DNA of 64,000 bases from Polyangiaceae bacterium (GCA_044376115.1 JBILLK010000023.1:105328-169327); one strand, 5' to 3'; numbered from the stretch's first letter, positions 47,769-57,586 are shown. A program made the numbers and translations. The notes: generated by a model from the letters alone, not told the origin.

Positions 47769-49312
47769 CGGCGACGACGACGCAGCGCGAGCCCCAAAAG
47801 GGCGAGCGCCACACCGATCGACGCGGGCCTCGGGCTCGCGTCGCCGGTGCTGCAATCGCAGCCGTCTCCAGCGTCAGAACCGCCTGCTCCGCCGCTGCCC
47901 CCTGACCCGCTGCTCGAGCTGCCACCGGCTCCGCCGCTGCCCTCGCTGATGCCGAGAGCGCTCTCGAGCGCGGGCAGCGGATCAACGATGCCGTAGCCGT
48001 AAACAGGATCATGGCCGCTTTCGTCGGGCACGGCGTACGGAGCTTTGCGCGTCGTCGCGACGAGGATCTGTTCGATCTCGGCGGCGGTCTTCTCGGGCGC
48101 TGCGGAGACGATCAGCCCGGCGATGCCCGCGACCACCGGACAAGCGGAGGAGGTGCCGCCGAAGAGGTTGGTGTAGTCGGTCGGGTCGTCACCAGCGGCA
48201 CCGGAGATATCGGTGGTGAGCGTGCCGGTCGGCGCGACCAAATCGACGGGTGCACCAAAGTTTGTAAACGGCGTCGACTCGTCGAAGTTGTTGATCGCGC
48301 CCACACACACAACGCCGCTAGCACCGCACATTTCATCGACACCGATCTCGCGATCGTCGTTGCCGGCGGCGAACACGACCACCGCGCCCTTGCCTCCTCG
48401 GCCGTTGGTTGCGACTTCAGCGATGATCTCCTCGAGCGCGCTGGGAATGGGCATCGGCTCGACGTAGCCCCAGCTGTTCGAGACCACCGCGGCGTCCACA
48501 TCGAGCGCGAATTGGAAGGCGTCCACCTCGACCGAGAGCGGCTGCGGACCGTCCGCCAACATGCGCACGCAGCGCAGTCTGCACTCGGGGCAGCCGCCAG
48601 CGATGCCCTCGCCGTTGTTGGTGCTGGCGCCGATGATCCCAGCGCACTCGGTGCCGTGCGCTGCCCCATTCATTGCTAGATCCGGCGTCGGGTCGTCATC
48701 GTCGTCGACTACGTCACGACCCGCATCCATCTTGTCGGCGAGATCGACGTGGGCGGCATCACAACCGGTGTCCACCACCACGACGCTGGTATCGGCGTCG
48801 CCGACCGAGAGCGACCACGCTTGGCTCATGCCCAAGTTCTCGAAGTACCACTGGCCGCCAAAGCGCGGGTCATCGGGGATGAATGGATCGGCGAAGGCGC
48901 GTACACGCACGTAGTAGTTGGGTGTGGCGCTGCGAATGCCGCGCAAGCGCGCGCCGCTCGTGGTGAGCCTCGCCGCAAGATCAGCGCCGTCACCGCCGGT
49001 TACGTCTTCCGCCAGCCACAGCCCGAGCGACGGCGCGAGCGGACGAAGCAGCGCTCCGCCGCTCGCCGCAACCTCCTCGGCCCCGCCCGGATCGAGCGCG
49101 ACGATCACGGTGTTATCAACCTCGGCGTTGACCAACCGCCCATCGCCGAAGTCCACCCGTACCGCGCGTCGTTGCTCAGCCGTGCTCGCGAGACGCTCGA
49201 CGGTGATGGTGCGTCCGCGTTCCTCGTAGCTCGTCGACTCAGCCCGAGCGATGGCTGGGCCGAGCAAAAGCACCATCGAAGAAAGACAACCGAGCTTTGC
49301 AATGTTCAGCAT
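47765..49312 (-). CDS. S8 subtilisin-like serine peptidase with MYXO-CTERM anchor
   Basis: VVDTG, HGTECAG, AAGN, GTSSACP; C-terminus GCDC...LALRRRRR. Confidence 0.9.
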   Translation of the reverse strand: MLNIAKLGCLSSMVLLLGPAIARAESTSYEERGRTITVERLASTAEQRRAVRVDFGDGRLVNAEVDNTVIVALDPGGAEEVAASGGALLRPLAPSLGLWLAEDVTGGDGADLAARLTTSGARLRGIRSATPNYYVRVRAFADPFIPDDPRFGGQWYFENLGMSQAWSLSVGDADTSVVVVDTGCDAAHVDLADKMDAGRDVVDDDDDPTPDLAMNGAAHGTECAGIIGASTNNGEGIAGGCPECRLRCVRMLADGPQPLSVEVDAFQFALDVDAAVVSNSWGYVEPMPIPSALEEIIAEVATNGRGGKGAVVVFAAGNDDREIGVDEMCGASGVVCVGAINNFDESTPFTNFGAPVDLVAPTGTLTTDISGAAGDDPTDYTNLFGGTSSACPVVAGIAGLIVSAAPEKTAAEIEQILVATTRKAPYAVPDESGHDPVYGYGIVDPLPALESALGISEGSGGAGGSSSSGSGGSGGAGGSDAGDGCDCSTGDASPRPASIGVALALLGLALRRRRR

Positions 49313-49414
49313 CGAGATCGCTACCGTTCGCGCTGTGGAGCCAGCACGAGCAGTGTCACCCAGGCTCTCGGCCGATGCAATCGAACGGCTAACGCGCAGC
49401 GAGCGATGGGGCGT

Positions 49415-50797
49415 TCAAGCCGGGGCGTCGATCGAGGCCACGCGCACCAGCTTCTTGTTCACGAACTCTTGAATACCGGCGCCCGAGAGTTCGCGACCGT
49501 AGCCCGAGCTCTTGATGCCACCGAAGGGCAAGTCGGGCGTGGTCCAAGTTGGGTGGTTGACGAACATCATGCCGGTGTCCACGCGACTAGCGACGCGCTT
49601 GCCCCGCGCGACGTCCTGCGTGAACACACAGCCGCCCAAACCGAAGTCAGTGTCGTTCGCGAGCGCCACCGCCTCGTCCTCATTCTTGACGCGAAAGAAG
49701 AGCGCGACCGGCCCGAAGAATTCCTCACGAAACGCCGGGTTCTCCTTGCTGATGTTGGTCAAAATGGTCGGCTGCATGAAGGCGCCCGGCCGGTCTACGC
49801 GGCTTCCTCCCATGACCAGCGTGGCTCCTGCGGCGATCGCACGCTGCACCTGTTCGAGCAGGTTGAGCAAGGCGCTCTCGGTCGAGAGTGGGCCGAGCGT
49901 GGTCGCCGGGTCCAGCGGATTGCCGGGCTCTAGCCGCTCGAGCGCCGCCTTGAACTTCTCGAGAAAGGGCGTGGCCAGAGGCTCGACGACGATGAAGCGC
50001 TTGGCGGCCACGCAACACTGACCGGTGTTGTTCATCTTGCCCCAGACAGCCCATTCAACCGTCTTCTCGAGATCGGCGTCCTCGAGCACGATGAAGGCGT
50101 CGCTGCCGCCGAGTTCCATCGTCGACTTCTTCAGGTTCTTGCCGGCGCGGCTGGCCACTCGTTTGCCGGCCTCCACGCTGCCGGTCAGCGCGACCCCCTT
50201 GATGCGCGGATCATCGATCACCCGATTCACCTGGTCATAGGAGATGCGCAGGTTGGTGTAAGCGCCCATGGGCGCGCCAGCCTCGCGCCACAGGTTCTCG
50301 AAGGCGATCGCGCACTGGGGCACGCACGCTGCGTGTTTGACCATGACGACGTTGCCCGCCATCAAGTTGGGCGCAGCAAAGCGAGCGAGTTGGTAATACG
50401 GGAAGTTCCACGGCTCCACACCGAACAAAACGCCCAGCGGGTTGCTCTCCACCTCGGCTTGACCGGTGCTCGGCGTGAGCCGCAGCGGAGCCAAGAAGCG
50501 TTCGGCGTTGTCGGCGTAGTACGCGATGATATCGGCGCTGAGCACGACCTCAGCGCGGGCCTGCGCGATCAGCTTGCCCATCTCGATCGTCACCGGCAGC
50601 GCGAACTCCTCGACCCGAGCGTGCATGATCGCCGCCGCCTTGGTGAGGATCTCGCCTCGTTCGGCGAAGGTTGTTTGACGCCAAACCTCGAACGCCGCGG
50701 TGGCCGTAGCGATCGAGTGCTCGAGCTCACGGTCGGTGAGGCCGTCGAAGGTGTGGAGGAGCTTGCCGTTGAAGGGATTGACACTTTGGTAGGGCAT
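49415..50797 (-). CDS. NAD(P)-dependent succinate-semialdehyde dehydrogenase (aldehyde dehydrogenase)
   Basis: PWNFP, LTGS, ELGGSD, GQCCVAAKR, EEFFGP, PFGGIKSSGYGREL. Confidence 0.9.
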   Translation of the reverse strand: MPYQSVNPFNGKLLHTFDGLTDRELEHSIATATAAFEVWRQTTFAERGEILTKAAAIMHARVEEFALPVTIEMGKLIAQARAEVVLSADIIAYYADNAERFLAPLRLTPSTGQAEVESNPLGVLFGVEPWNFPYYQLARFAAPNLMAGNVVMVKHAACVPQCAIAFENLWREAGAPMGAYTNLRISYDQVNRVIDDPRIKGVALTGSVEAGKRVASRAGKNLKKSTMELGGSDAFIVLEDADLEKTVEWAVWGKMNNTGQCCVAAKRFIVVEPLATPFLEKFKAALERLEPGNPLDPATTLGPLSTESALLNLLEQVQRAIAAGATLVMGGSRVDRPGAFMQPTILTNISKENPAFREEFFGPVALFFRVKNEDEAVALANDTDFGLGGCVFTQDVARGKRVASRVDTGMMFVNHPTWTTPDLPFGGIKSSGYGRELSGAGIQEFVNKKLVRVASIDAPA

Positions 50798-50912
50798 CGG
50801 TCGGACTCTTTCGCAGCGAGGGTTGGCGTGCAGTGGGTTGCAGCGTCCACTCGAGCAAGAGTCCGGCCGTGTTCACCCAGGCGGCGGCGCGAGGCTTGCC
50901 TGCTACTTGACC

Positions 50913-51299
50913 ATGACGACGCAAACCAAAGCCAACGCCTCTCCCCGCAAACCCCGTCCACGGCTCAGCCCTGGCCCTCACGAACGCAAAGACGGTGGCA
51001 ACGCCTTCTTGCGCGACCCAACGACCGAAGACCCGCGCATGTTCAGCAACGATCCCCTCGCTGAGATGTTGGGCGAAGAGTGCGTGAAGGCGGCAACATC
51101 GGGTGAAGAGGCCTACTCCGAAGACGTCGACGGCTTGACCACCGAAGAGTTCGGGGGCCCCTTCACGACGTTCTCCGTCGACGCAGACGGCGTCACCGAC
51201 GAGCCGGAATCTCCGCCTGCGCTGGGACTGGAGGAGCCGTCGCTTGCAGCCACTTCCACGCGATTGCCCCCTGGACCAAGATCGCCATCAGGCCGTTGA
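50913..51299 (+). CDS. Small acidic hypothetical protein
   Basis: ORF in the gap between SSADH and MFS genes; its 3' end overlaps the MFS gene. Confidence 0.45.
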   Translation: MTTQTKANASPRKPRPRLSPGPHERKDGGNAFLRDPTTEDPRMFSNDPLAEMLGEECVKAATSGEEAYSEDVDGLTTEEFGGPFTTFSVDADGVTDEPESPPALGLEEPSLAATSTRLPPGPRSPSGR

Positions 51300-52494
51300 C
51301 CAAGAGCGCCTGCCTGACGCCCATCAAGCTGACCGAGACGCCAGTGAGCAGCGCCCCCAGCGACATGCCACCCCGCATCGCGAGCATGAACAGGCTCACC
51401 GTTTGACCGAGCACGAGCGGATTCGCGGTGGCCTGCAACAAGGTGTTGGCCGCTGTGCTGCTGACGGTCATCGCGATGCCCGCGAACACGAACAGCGGCA
51501 CCACGCCCCAGCCCCACGGGTTGAGCGCGGTCAACACCAAGATGAAACCGTAACCGATGGCGAAGCCCGCCGAAATCCGCCGTCGGTCAACGTTGGCCGC
51601 CACGCCCAAAAGGCCTAAACCGCCGACGATGCCACCAGCTCCAAAGGCCACCGCCGCCATCGAAAAATGGCTCGCGTCTCCGTGGAAGACGTCCTTCACC
51701 AACACGGGGCTGAAGGTGAAGAGCGGTGAGCACAAAAGCCCTGTGCTGAAGACCATGAGCAAACCGCCACCGCTATGCGGCTCACGCAGCGTTTCGGCCA
51801 TGCTGGCGGCGGTGTGGCGAAAATGTTGAGGCACACGTGCAGCGGTGGGCGGCTTCCAGCGGGGCAAGATCCAGAGCGCGACCCCGATGAAGGGCAGATA
51901 CGAGACCACGCTGACCACGAAGCAGGCGACCGCGCCCGCGCTCGCCATCAGCACCCCGGCGATCGACGGCCCGAGGATGCGCGACAGACTGAACTGCGTC
52001 GAGTTGAGCGCCAAGCCGCGGCCGATTTGATCGCGCTCTACGATCGAAGGCACGATCGATTGGAACGAGGGCATCGAAAGCGCATCCGTCACTCCGACCA
52101 CCACCGAGAGCACGATGACCATCCACGGCTCGAGCGCCCCCGCGAGCAAGAGCGCCACGATGGCCAGCGGGCACAACATCTGGATTGACTGAAACCAGGC
52201 GATCACTCGGCGGCGATCCCAACGGTCCGCCAGCGCACCGCCGGCCAGCGTTAGCAGCCAAACAGGGGCGTTGCTCGCGAACGAGTCGAGCCCGATCACG
52301 AACGACGAAGCCCCCATCGTGAGCAACAGCCATGGCTCTGCCACCTGCTGCGCCCACGTCCCGATACTCGAGAGCAGACTTGCGAACCAGAAGGTCCCAA
52401 AGCGGCGCGTTGCAAGCAAGCGGAGCGACGCTCGAAACTCGGTAGCGCCGCTCAGCATCTCGGCTGATGCGGCGCTATCGTTCGCCTTTTTCAT
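51193..52494 (-). CDS. MFS transporter (DUF894/MFS_3-like)
   Basis: About 12 TM segments; GGALADRWDRRR motif A. Confidence 0.88.
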   Translation of the reverse strand: MKKANDSAASAEMLSGATEFRASLRLLATRRFGTFWFASLLSSIGTWAQQVAEPWLLLTMGASSFVIGLDSFASNAPVWLLTLAGGALADRWDRRRVIAWFQSIQMLCPLAIVALLLAGALEPWMVIVLSVVVGVTDALSMPSFQSIVPSIVERDQIGRGLALNSTQFSLSRILGPSIAGVLMASAGAVACFVVSVVSYLPFIGVALWILPRWKPPTAARVPQHFRHTAASMAETLREPHSGGGLLMVFSTGLLCSPLFTFSPVLVKDVFHGDASHFSMAAVAFGAGGIVGGLGLLGVAANVDRRRISAGFAIGYGFILVLTALNPWGWGVVPLFVFAGIAMTVSSTAANTLLQATANPLVLGQTVSLFMLAMRGGMSLGALLTGVSVSLMGVRQALLVNGLMAILVQGAIAWKWLQATAPPVPAQAEIPARR

Positions 52495-52554
52495 ACGGGC
52501 TCCCTTCGTGACGTAGTACGTCGCGCTGCGAGAGCACGCTTCATGCCGCCGCAG

Positions 52555-53454
52555 TTACGCCGCGGGGCTCGGTCTTGGGCGCGCTTCGACCGCATCGGGC
52601 GAAGCGAAGAGCACGCGAACAGCCTCGCGCAGCGAGCCGGCGCCAACCACGTTGCGGATCAATCCGCCTACGGCTGCGAAGTGGACCGCCAGCGGGTCAT
52701 TGGTACCCAGCTGCTTCACCAGACCGTATTCCACCGGCTCCGACTCGCGAGCATAGGTCCCGAACAGCCGGTCCCAGACCATCAGGATGCCGCCATAGTT
52801 CTTGTCGAGGTACGGCTGGTTCCTGCCATGGTGAACGCGATGGTTGGACGGCGTGTTGAGCCAGCCGTCGAGCAGCGGCAGCCGACCAATGAGCTCGGTA
52901 TGGATCCACTGCTGCCACGCCAAGACCAAGGTCAACCCGAGCAGCACCAGCAAGGGATGAAAGCCGAGCAGCACCAGCGGCAGATAGAAGAGCGGCGTGA
53001 AGAAGAAGTCCATGAAGCTCACCCGTAGCCCGACGCTCTGATCGAAGTGTTCAGCCGAGTGATGCGTCGAGTGATACGCCGACCACAGCAGATTGACGCG
53101 GTGGGCCGCTCGGTGCTCCCAGTAGTAAACGAAATCAGCGAGCAATACGCACACGAGAGCGCTACCGAGCGTCACCGGGATCTCCCACAGAGCTAGCTGG
53201 TGCAGCGCGCTGAGCGCCCGCGGCAGCTCGTCTCCGAGGCCCGCCTCGACCGCCATGGCCGGGGCCAAGCAGAACGCGCTCGTCAAAAGCCCTGTGAGCC
53301 GGCGACGGTCCAGCCGCTTGCTGCGCGAAAGCGCGATGAGCTCCACCAAGAACAGCGGCACGCCGAGCAGCAACAACGCCGTCACGACCCACGAGAGACT
53401 GCTCCACCAAGCCGTATCGATTGAACCTTCGAGCTCTATCACGCTTGCCTCCAT
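52555..53454 (-). CDS. Sterol desaturase/fatty-acid hydroxylase family, alkylglycerol monooxygenase-like
   Basis: His boxes HRAAH, HSTHH, WIHTE, HRVHH; DKNYGGILxxWDRLFGT. Confidence 0.85.
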   Translation of the reverse strand: MEASVIELEGSIDTAWWSSLSWVVTALLLLGVPLFLVELIALSRSKRLDRRRLTGLLTSAFCLAPAMAVEAGLGDELPRALSALHQLALWEIPVTLGSALVCVLLADFVYYWEHRAAHRVNLLWSAYHSTHHSAEHFDQSVGLRVSFMDFFFTPLFYLPLVLLGFHPLLVLLGLTLVLAWQQWIHTELIGRLPLLDGWLNTPSNHRVHHGRNQPYLDKNYGGILMVWDRLFGTYARESEPVEYGLVKQLGTNDPLAVHFAAVGGLIRNVVGAGSLREAVRVLFASPDAVEARPRPSPAA

Positions 53455-53459
53455 TATGA

Positions 53460-53506
53460 GAACGATCGTTCGCTCTTTAAATTAACCAAAGCCCTCGCCT
53501 CGTCAA
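53460..53506 (-). promoter_or_regulatory. Putative TetR operator and promoter of the desaturase gene
   Basis: Perfect palindrome GAACGATCGTTC (53460-53471) 5 bp from the desaturase ATG; minus-strand TTGACG-N16-TAATTT. Confidence 0.65.
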
Positions 53507-53554
53507 CCGGGTTCTGCTGAACTTCGCTTCCGCTGCGGCGGAGGAAGCCAAACC

Positions 53555-54187
53555 ATGTCGAGAAAACGCGATGAAGCTGCGCACGAGGCCAAACGGGACG
53601 AGATCCTCGACGCGGCCGAGGCGCTGTTCGTCACCCACGGCTTTCACCAAACCGGGATGGCGGCCCTTTGCGCCAGCGTCGGCATGAGCCCGGGCGCGCT
53701 CTACCGATACTTCCCATCCAAGACCGAGATCATCCGCGCCATCGTCGAGCGCGAGCGAGCCGCCGTGGTGCAATCCTTCGAGCCGCTGGTGGAGGCCATC
53801 GACTTCGCCGCGGCGCTCGAGAAGCACGTCCTACAAGCGATCGCTGCAGCAGCTGAGGAGCGCTACGCGAGCCTGGCCCTCGAGGTCGCGGCGGAGGCCC
53901 GTCGTGACCCAGTCGTGGCGGAGGTCGTGCAGCGCGCTGAGGACGAGATCGTCGAGCGACTCGCCGGCATCCTCAGTGCGGCCAAACGCCGGGGCGCGGT
54001 GGGTTCAACGGTCGATCCGGAGGTTGCGGCTCGGCTCCTGCTCGCCGTCGTCGATGGCTCGGTGGCGGCCCGCCCTACCCTCGCACTTCTCCCCAGCCGA
54101 CGCTTGAAACCGACCCTACGCGGGCTGATTCGCGGGCTCTTGGGCCTGCCCCATTCGACGACGGAACGCAGCGAGCGGAGCGGCTGA
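53555..54187 (+). CDS. TetR/AcrR family transcriptional regulator
   Basis: ILDAAEALF...GFHQT...GMSPGALYRYFPSK. Confidence 0.92.
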   Translation: MSRKRDEAAHEAKRDEILDAAEALFVTHGFHQTGMAALCASVGMSPGALYRYFPSKTEIIRAIVERERAAVVQSFEPLVEAIDFAAALEKHVLQAIAAAAEERYASLALEVAAEARRDPVVAEVVQRAEDEIVERLAGILSAAKRRGAVGSTVDPEVAARLLLAVVDGSVAARPTLALLPSRRLKPTLRGLIRGLLGLPHSTTERSERSG

Positions 54188-54301
54188 CTTCGCAGCGCGA
54201 TCCGGTCGAGGGCGGCCCGCTGACGCTTCGATTCGCCCGAACATTTCGTTCGATCTTTTCGGCTTATCGACATGGTCAATGGTGTTACCGGAGAGCCAGC
54301 C

Positions 54302-54826
54302 ATGAAGAACCGATTCGCATCGATCGTACTATTGCTATCCATCACAGCCGTAGGCTGCAGCGCGAAGGTAGAAGCCAAGGTCGGGACGCCCGAGCCAGTC
54401 CCCGCCGAGCCGAAGCCGGAGCCGAAGCCGGAACCGAAGCCGGAGCCGACCAAGGAAGGGCACGTCACCATCACCGACGATCACCTCGAGATCGACGATG
54501 TCGTGCAGTTTGATACGTCGAAGGCCACCATCAAGCCCGAGTCCAACCAACTGCTCGACGACGTCGCGAAGGCGATGAACGGGCACAAGGAGATCGCGGT
54601 GCTCCACGTGATTGGCCACACGGACGCGCGCGGAGACAAGGAGTCGAACCGAAAGCTGAGCGACGAGCGCGCGAAGGCCGTCGTCGACTACCTCAAGGCG
54701 AAGGGCGTAGCGCAGCCGATGGACGCGCGCGGTGCGGGGCAGGACGAGAGGCTCTGTTCAGAGGACACCGACGCTTGCCACACCAAGAATCGCCGCGTTG
54801 AATTCAAGATCGAAAAGAAGAAGTAA
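54302..54826 (+). CDS. OmpA family peptidoglycan-binding lipoprotein
   Basis: Lipobox AVGC, EPKP repeats, GHTDARG...NRKLSDERAKAV...NRRVEF. Confidence 0.9.
   Translation: MKNRFASIVLLLSITAVGCSAKVEAKVGTPEPVPAEPKPEPKPEPKPEPTKEGHVTITDDHLEIDDVVQFDTSKATIKPESNQLLDDVAKAMNGHKEIAVLHVIGHTDARGDKESNRKLSDERAKAVVDYLKAKGVAQPMDARGAGQDERLCSEDTDACHTKNRRVEFKIEKKK
54407..54448 (+). repeat. 12-bp coding tandem repeat x3.5 (EPKP)
   Basis: GAGCCGAAGCCG repeated. Confidence 0.8.
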
Positions 54827-54894
54827 TAGTCGTTGGCCGAATGGATGAGGCCTGGCACCTTGCCTAGCCTCGGCGCTGAGTCTACGAGGCAGTG

Positions 54895-55386
54895 ATGGAT
54901 CGACTCATCCTCGCCTTCTGCTCGCTCCTTGCTGCAGGCTGTCAGTCCCCAGTCGTTTACCTGCGGCCGACGGCGCCGCGCACGATCACGGTGTCGGATG
55001 CCTCGATTGAGAGGGTCGTTACTGTTCTCGAAGAGGCCGGCGTGGAGCCAGTCAAGGTCGACCGCCAGGTTGGCTATGTGGTGACGGCGTGGCAGTCGAT
55101 CGGGCGCGCGCCGTGGTACCGCATGGTGCAAACCGCGGTCTTCAGCGTGTCGGAGGCGGACATGGTCGTACGCTTCGTGATCGCCCGGGACGTTGTCGAC
55201 CCGCGCATCCTTCGAATCACCCCACAGGCCCTTTATTGCGCCGAGGGAGCGTGGGGCACGGACGGCGCCGAAGTTCGTGGGAGGTGCAACCCGGACGGCC
55301 CAGGCTTTGGGCACGAGGAGCACCGCCTAGCGGCTGATGTTGTGGCCAACGCCCTGGCGGCCGCGCTCGGAGAGGTCCGGCAATGA
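54895..55386 (+). CDS. Hypothetical lipoprotein
   Basis: Lipobox AAGC; GYVVTAW motif. Confidence 0.6.
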   Translation: MDRLILAFCSLLAAGCQSPVVYLRPTAPRTITVSDASIERVVTVLEEAGVEPVKVDRQVGYVVTAWQSIGRAPWYRMVQTAVFSVSEADMVVRFVIARDVVDPRILRITPQALYCAEGAWGTDGAEVRGRCNPDGPGFGHEEHRLAADVVANALAAALGEVRQ

Positions 55387-55859
55387 GGCGCTGGGGCTCG
55401 CTACTCGCCATCGCGCTCGGAGTCTTGGGCTGCTCGTTTCCAAAGATGGCGTACGTCCTGCCGCTGGACCCATCAGCGGCGTATGCCAGCGAGGTCCCGC
55501 GCTCGGTCGCGCGGGCGCTCGCTGGACAGGGCTGGGTGCCCGCCGCGCTCGAAGACGGTTCCGTCGTTTCGGAGTGGAGGGACCTGGTTGGTTTCGACGA
55601 TGAAGACTTCCCACGTCGGCGCGTCATCGGGCGACTGATCGTGACCATTGAGCGCGAGCAGCTCGTGCTTCGTCTCGAGAGTCGCGTGCTGAGTGCGAGC
55701 TGCGCTGGCGCTCCCCATCCACCGAGCGACCTCAACCTCGTTGGCTGTACGGAGGAGGTATGGCCCGCCTCCTTCTACAACACATCGCTCGAAGCCCTAG
55801 CGAATGAGCTCGCCTTCACGCTCGACACGTCGGTTGTCGCAGTCGAGCAGAGCGACTGA
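55383..55859 (+). CDS. Hypothetical lipoprotein
   Basis: Lipobox VLGC; GSVVSEW motif; ATGA overlap. Confidence 0.6.
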   Translation: MRRWGSLLAIALGVLGCSFPKMAYVLPLDPSAAYASEVPRSVARALAGQGWVPAALEDGSVVSEWRDLVGFDDEDFPRRRVIGRLIVTIEREQLVLRLESRVLSASCAGAPHPPSDLNLVGCTEEVWPASFYNTSLEALANELAFTLDTSVVAVEQSD

Positions 55860-55909
55860 AAGGCGCTACCCGCTTGCTGCGCTGTGCGACCCGTGATCAA
55901 AAACGCACC

Positions 55910-56974
55910 ATGCAACGGCTCGTTCAATCCGTCGTCGCCGCCTGTGAGAGCGCTCTTCTTCCGGATCCGCTGGTGCGCTTGGGCATGCGGCACGTGATCG
56001 GCGCGCGCTTGCGTGAACCAGCCTTTCGTACGGCCGAGCGCCGCGACGAGGACTTTCGGCAGTTTCTGCGAGAGCTGCGGGCGGCGCCGATCGCGATCGA
56101 GACACCGCGCGCCAATGAACAACACTACGAAGTGCCGGCGAGCTTCTTCCAGGCGCACCTCGGGCCGCGCGCCAAGTACTCCTGCTGCTTGTTCCAGCGC
56201 GGAGACGAGTCGCTCGCGAGGGCCGAAGACGCCATGCTCGATCTCTACGCCGAGCGCGCCGAGCTACGCGATGGGCAGCGCGTGCTCGACCTCGGTTCGG
56301 GTTGGGGCTCATTCTCGCTTTGGCTCGCGGCCAAGCACCCCAAAAGCGAGATCATCGGGCTCTCCAACTCCCATAGCCAGCGCGCGTTCGTGATGAGCCG
56401 TGCCCAAGCGCTCGGGCTCTCTAATCTGCGTGTCGTCACCGGCAACGTCGCCGAGTTCGAGTTCGAGACCGAGCACTTGAAAGACGGCTTCGACCGCGTG
56501 GTCAGCATCGAGATGTTCGAGCACATGAAGAACTACGAGTTGCTGCTCGCCAAGATCGCGCGTTGGCTCTCGCCGGAGGGCAAGCTGTTCGTGCATATCT
56601 TCGCGCATCAACGCCTGGCTTATCACTATGAAGACCGCGGCTCGGAGGATTGGATGAGTCGGTACTTCTTCACCGGCGGGACGATGCCGAGTCAGAACCT
56701 GCTGCTCCACTTCCAAGACGATTTGAAGCTCGAAGATTCGTGGTGGCTCAGCGGTCGTCACTATGAGCAGACCAGCAACCTGTGGCTCGCTTCACTCGAC
56801 GCCAATCGAGCGCAGGCCCTTGCCGCCATCAAGCCGGTCTACGGAGACTCTGCGGAACGTTGGCTCCAGCGTTGGCGTATGTTCTACATGGCGGTGGCCG
56901 AGCTCTTCGGCTTCGCGCACGGCAGTGAATGGGGCGTCGCACACTATCGGTTCTCCCGCCGTCGCGCCCCCTGA
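55910..56974 (+). CDS. Cyclopropane-fatty-acyl synthase family SAM methyltransferase (coclaurine N-methyltransferase-like)
   Basis: ANEQHYE, KYSCC, LDLGSGWG, VSIEMFEHM, FFTGGTMPS. Confidence 0.88.
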   Translation: MQRLVQSVVAACESALLPDPLVRLGMRHVIGARLREPAFRTAERRDEDFRQFLRELRAAPIAIETPRANEQHYEVPASFFQAHLGPRAKYSCCLFQRGDESLARAEDAMLDLYAERAELRDGQRVLDLGSGWGSFSLWLAAKHPKSEIIGLSNSHSQRAFVMSRAQALGLSNLRVVTGNVAEFEFETEHLKDGFDRVVSIEMFEHMKNYELLLAKIARWLSPEGKLFVHIFAHQRLAYHYEDRGSEDWMSRYFFTGGTMPSQNLLLHFQDDLKLEDSWWLSGRHYEQTSNLWLASLDANRAQALAAIKPVYGDSAERWLQRWRMFYMAVAELFGFAHGSEWGVAHYRFSRRRAP

Positions 56975-57023
56975 CCAACACGACGGCCGCGTGAAGCACG
57001 CCAAACTTCGCTAGCATGCGGGC

Positions 57024-57539
57024 TTGCATACCATCGACCACGCCCCCCACTCCGCGCTCGCTCGGAGCATCGCTTTCGCCTTCGCGCTTTCGATCGCTGC
57101 CTGCGCGGATCCAGCAGGGACGCCGGCCGCGAGCGCACGTCCGTCGGCTTCGGCCGTCGTCTCGCTAGCGGCCGCTGCAAGCACCTCCGCACAACCGCCC
57201 GCTGCGAGCGCCGTGCCCGAGGAGATCGCCGCGCAACACGTCCTCATCAGCTACAAGGGCGCAAAGAACGCCAAGGGCGCAACTCGCTCGAAGGATGAAG
57301 CCAAGAAGCTCGCCCAACGTTTGCGCGACGACGCAGCCAAGGGCGCAGACTTCGGCCAGATCGCGACCAATCATTCGGAAGACCCGGCGTCTTCTGCGCG
57401 GCTCGGCAGCCTCGGAAAGTTCAAACGCTCGGAGATGGTCAAGGCTTTCTCCGACGCAGCCTTCAGCCTTCCCGTGGGCGGACTCTCCGAGGTGATTGAA
57501 ACCGAGTTCGGCTTCCATGTGATCAAACGCAACCAATGA
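57024..57539 (+). CDS. Parvulin-type peptidyl-prolyl isomerase lipoprotein
   Basis: HVLISYKG, SEDP..GSLG, MVKAFSDAAF, ETEFGFHVIKR. Confidence 0.9.
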   Translation: MHTIDHAPHSALARSIAFAFALSIAACADPAGTPAASARPSASAVVSLAAAASTSAQPPAASAVPEEIAAQHVLISYKGAKNAKGATRSKDEAKKLAQRLRDDAAKGADFGQIATNHSEDPASSARLGSLGKFKRSEMVKAFSDAAFSLPVGGLSEVIETEFGFHVIKRNQ

Positions 57540-57586
57540 AGCGGGCGCGCTCGCGTCATCGCCCAGGCCTACGGTACGCTGACGTT

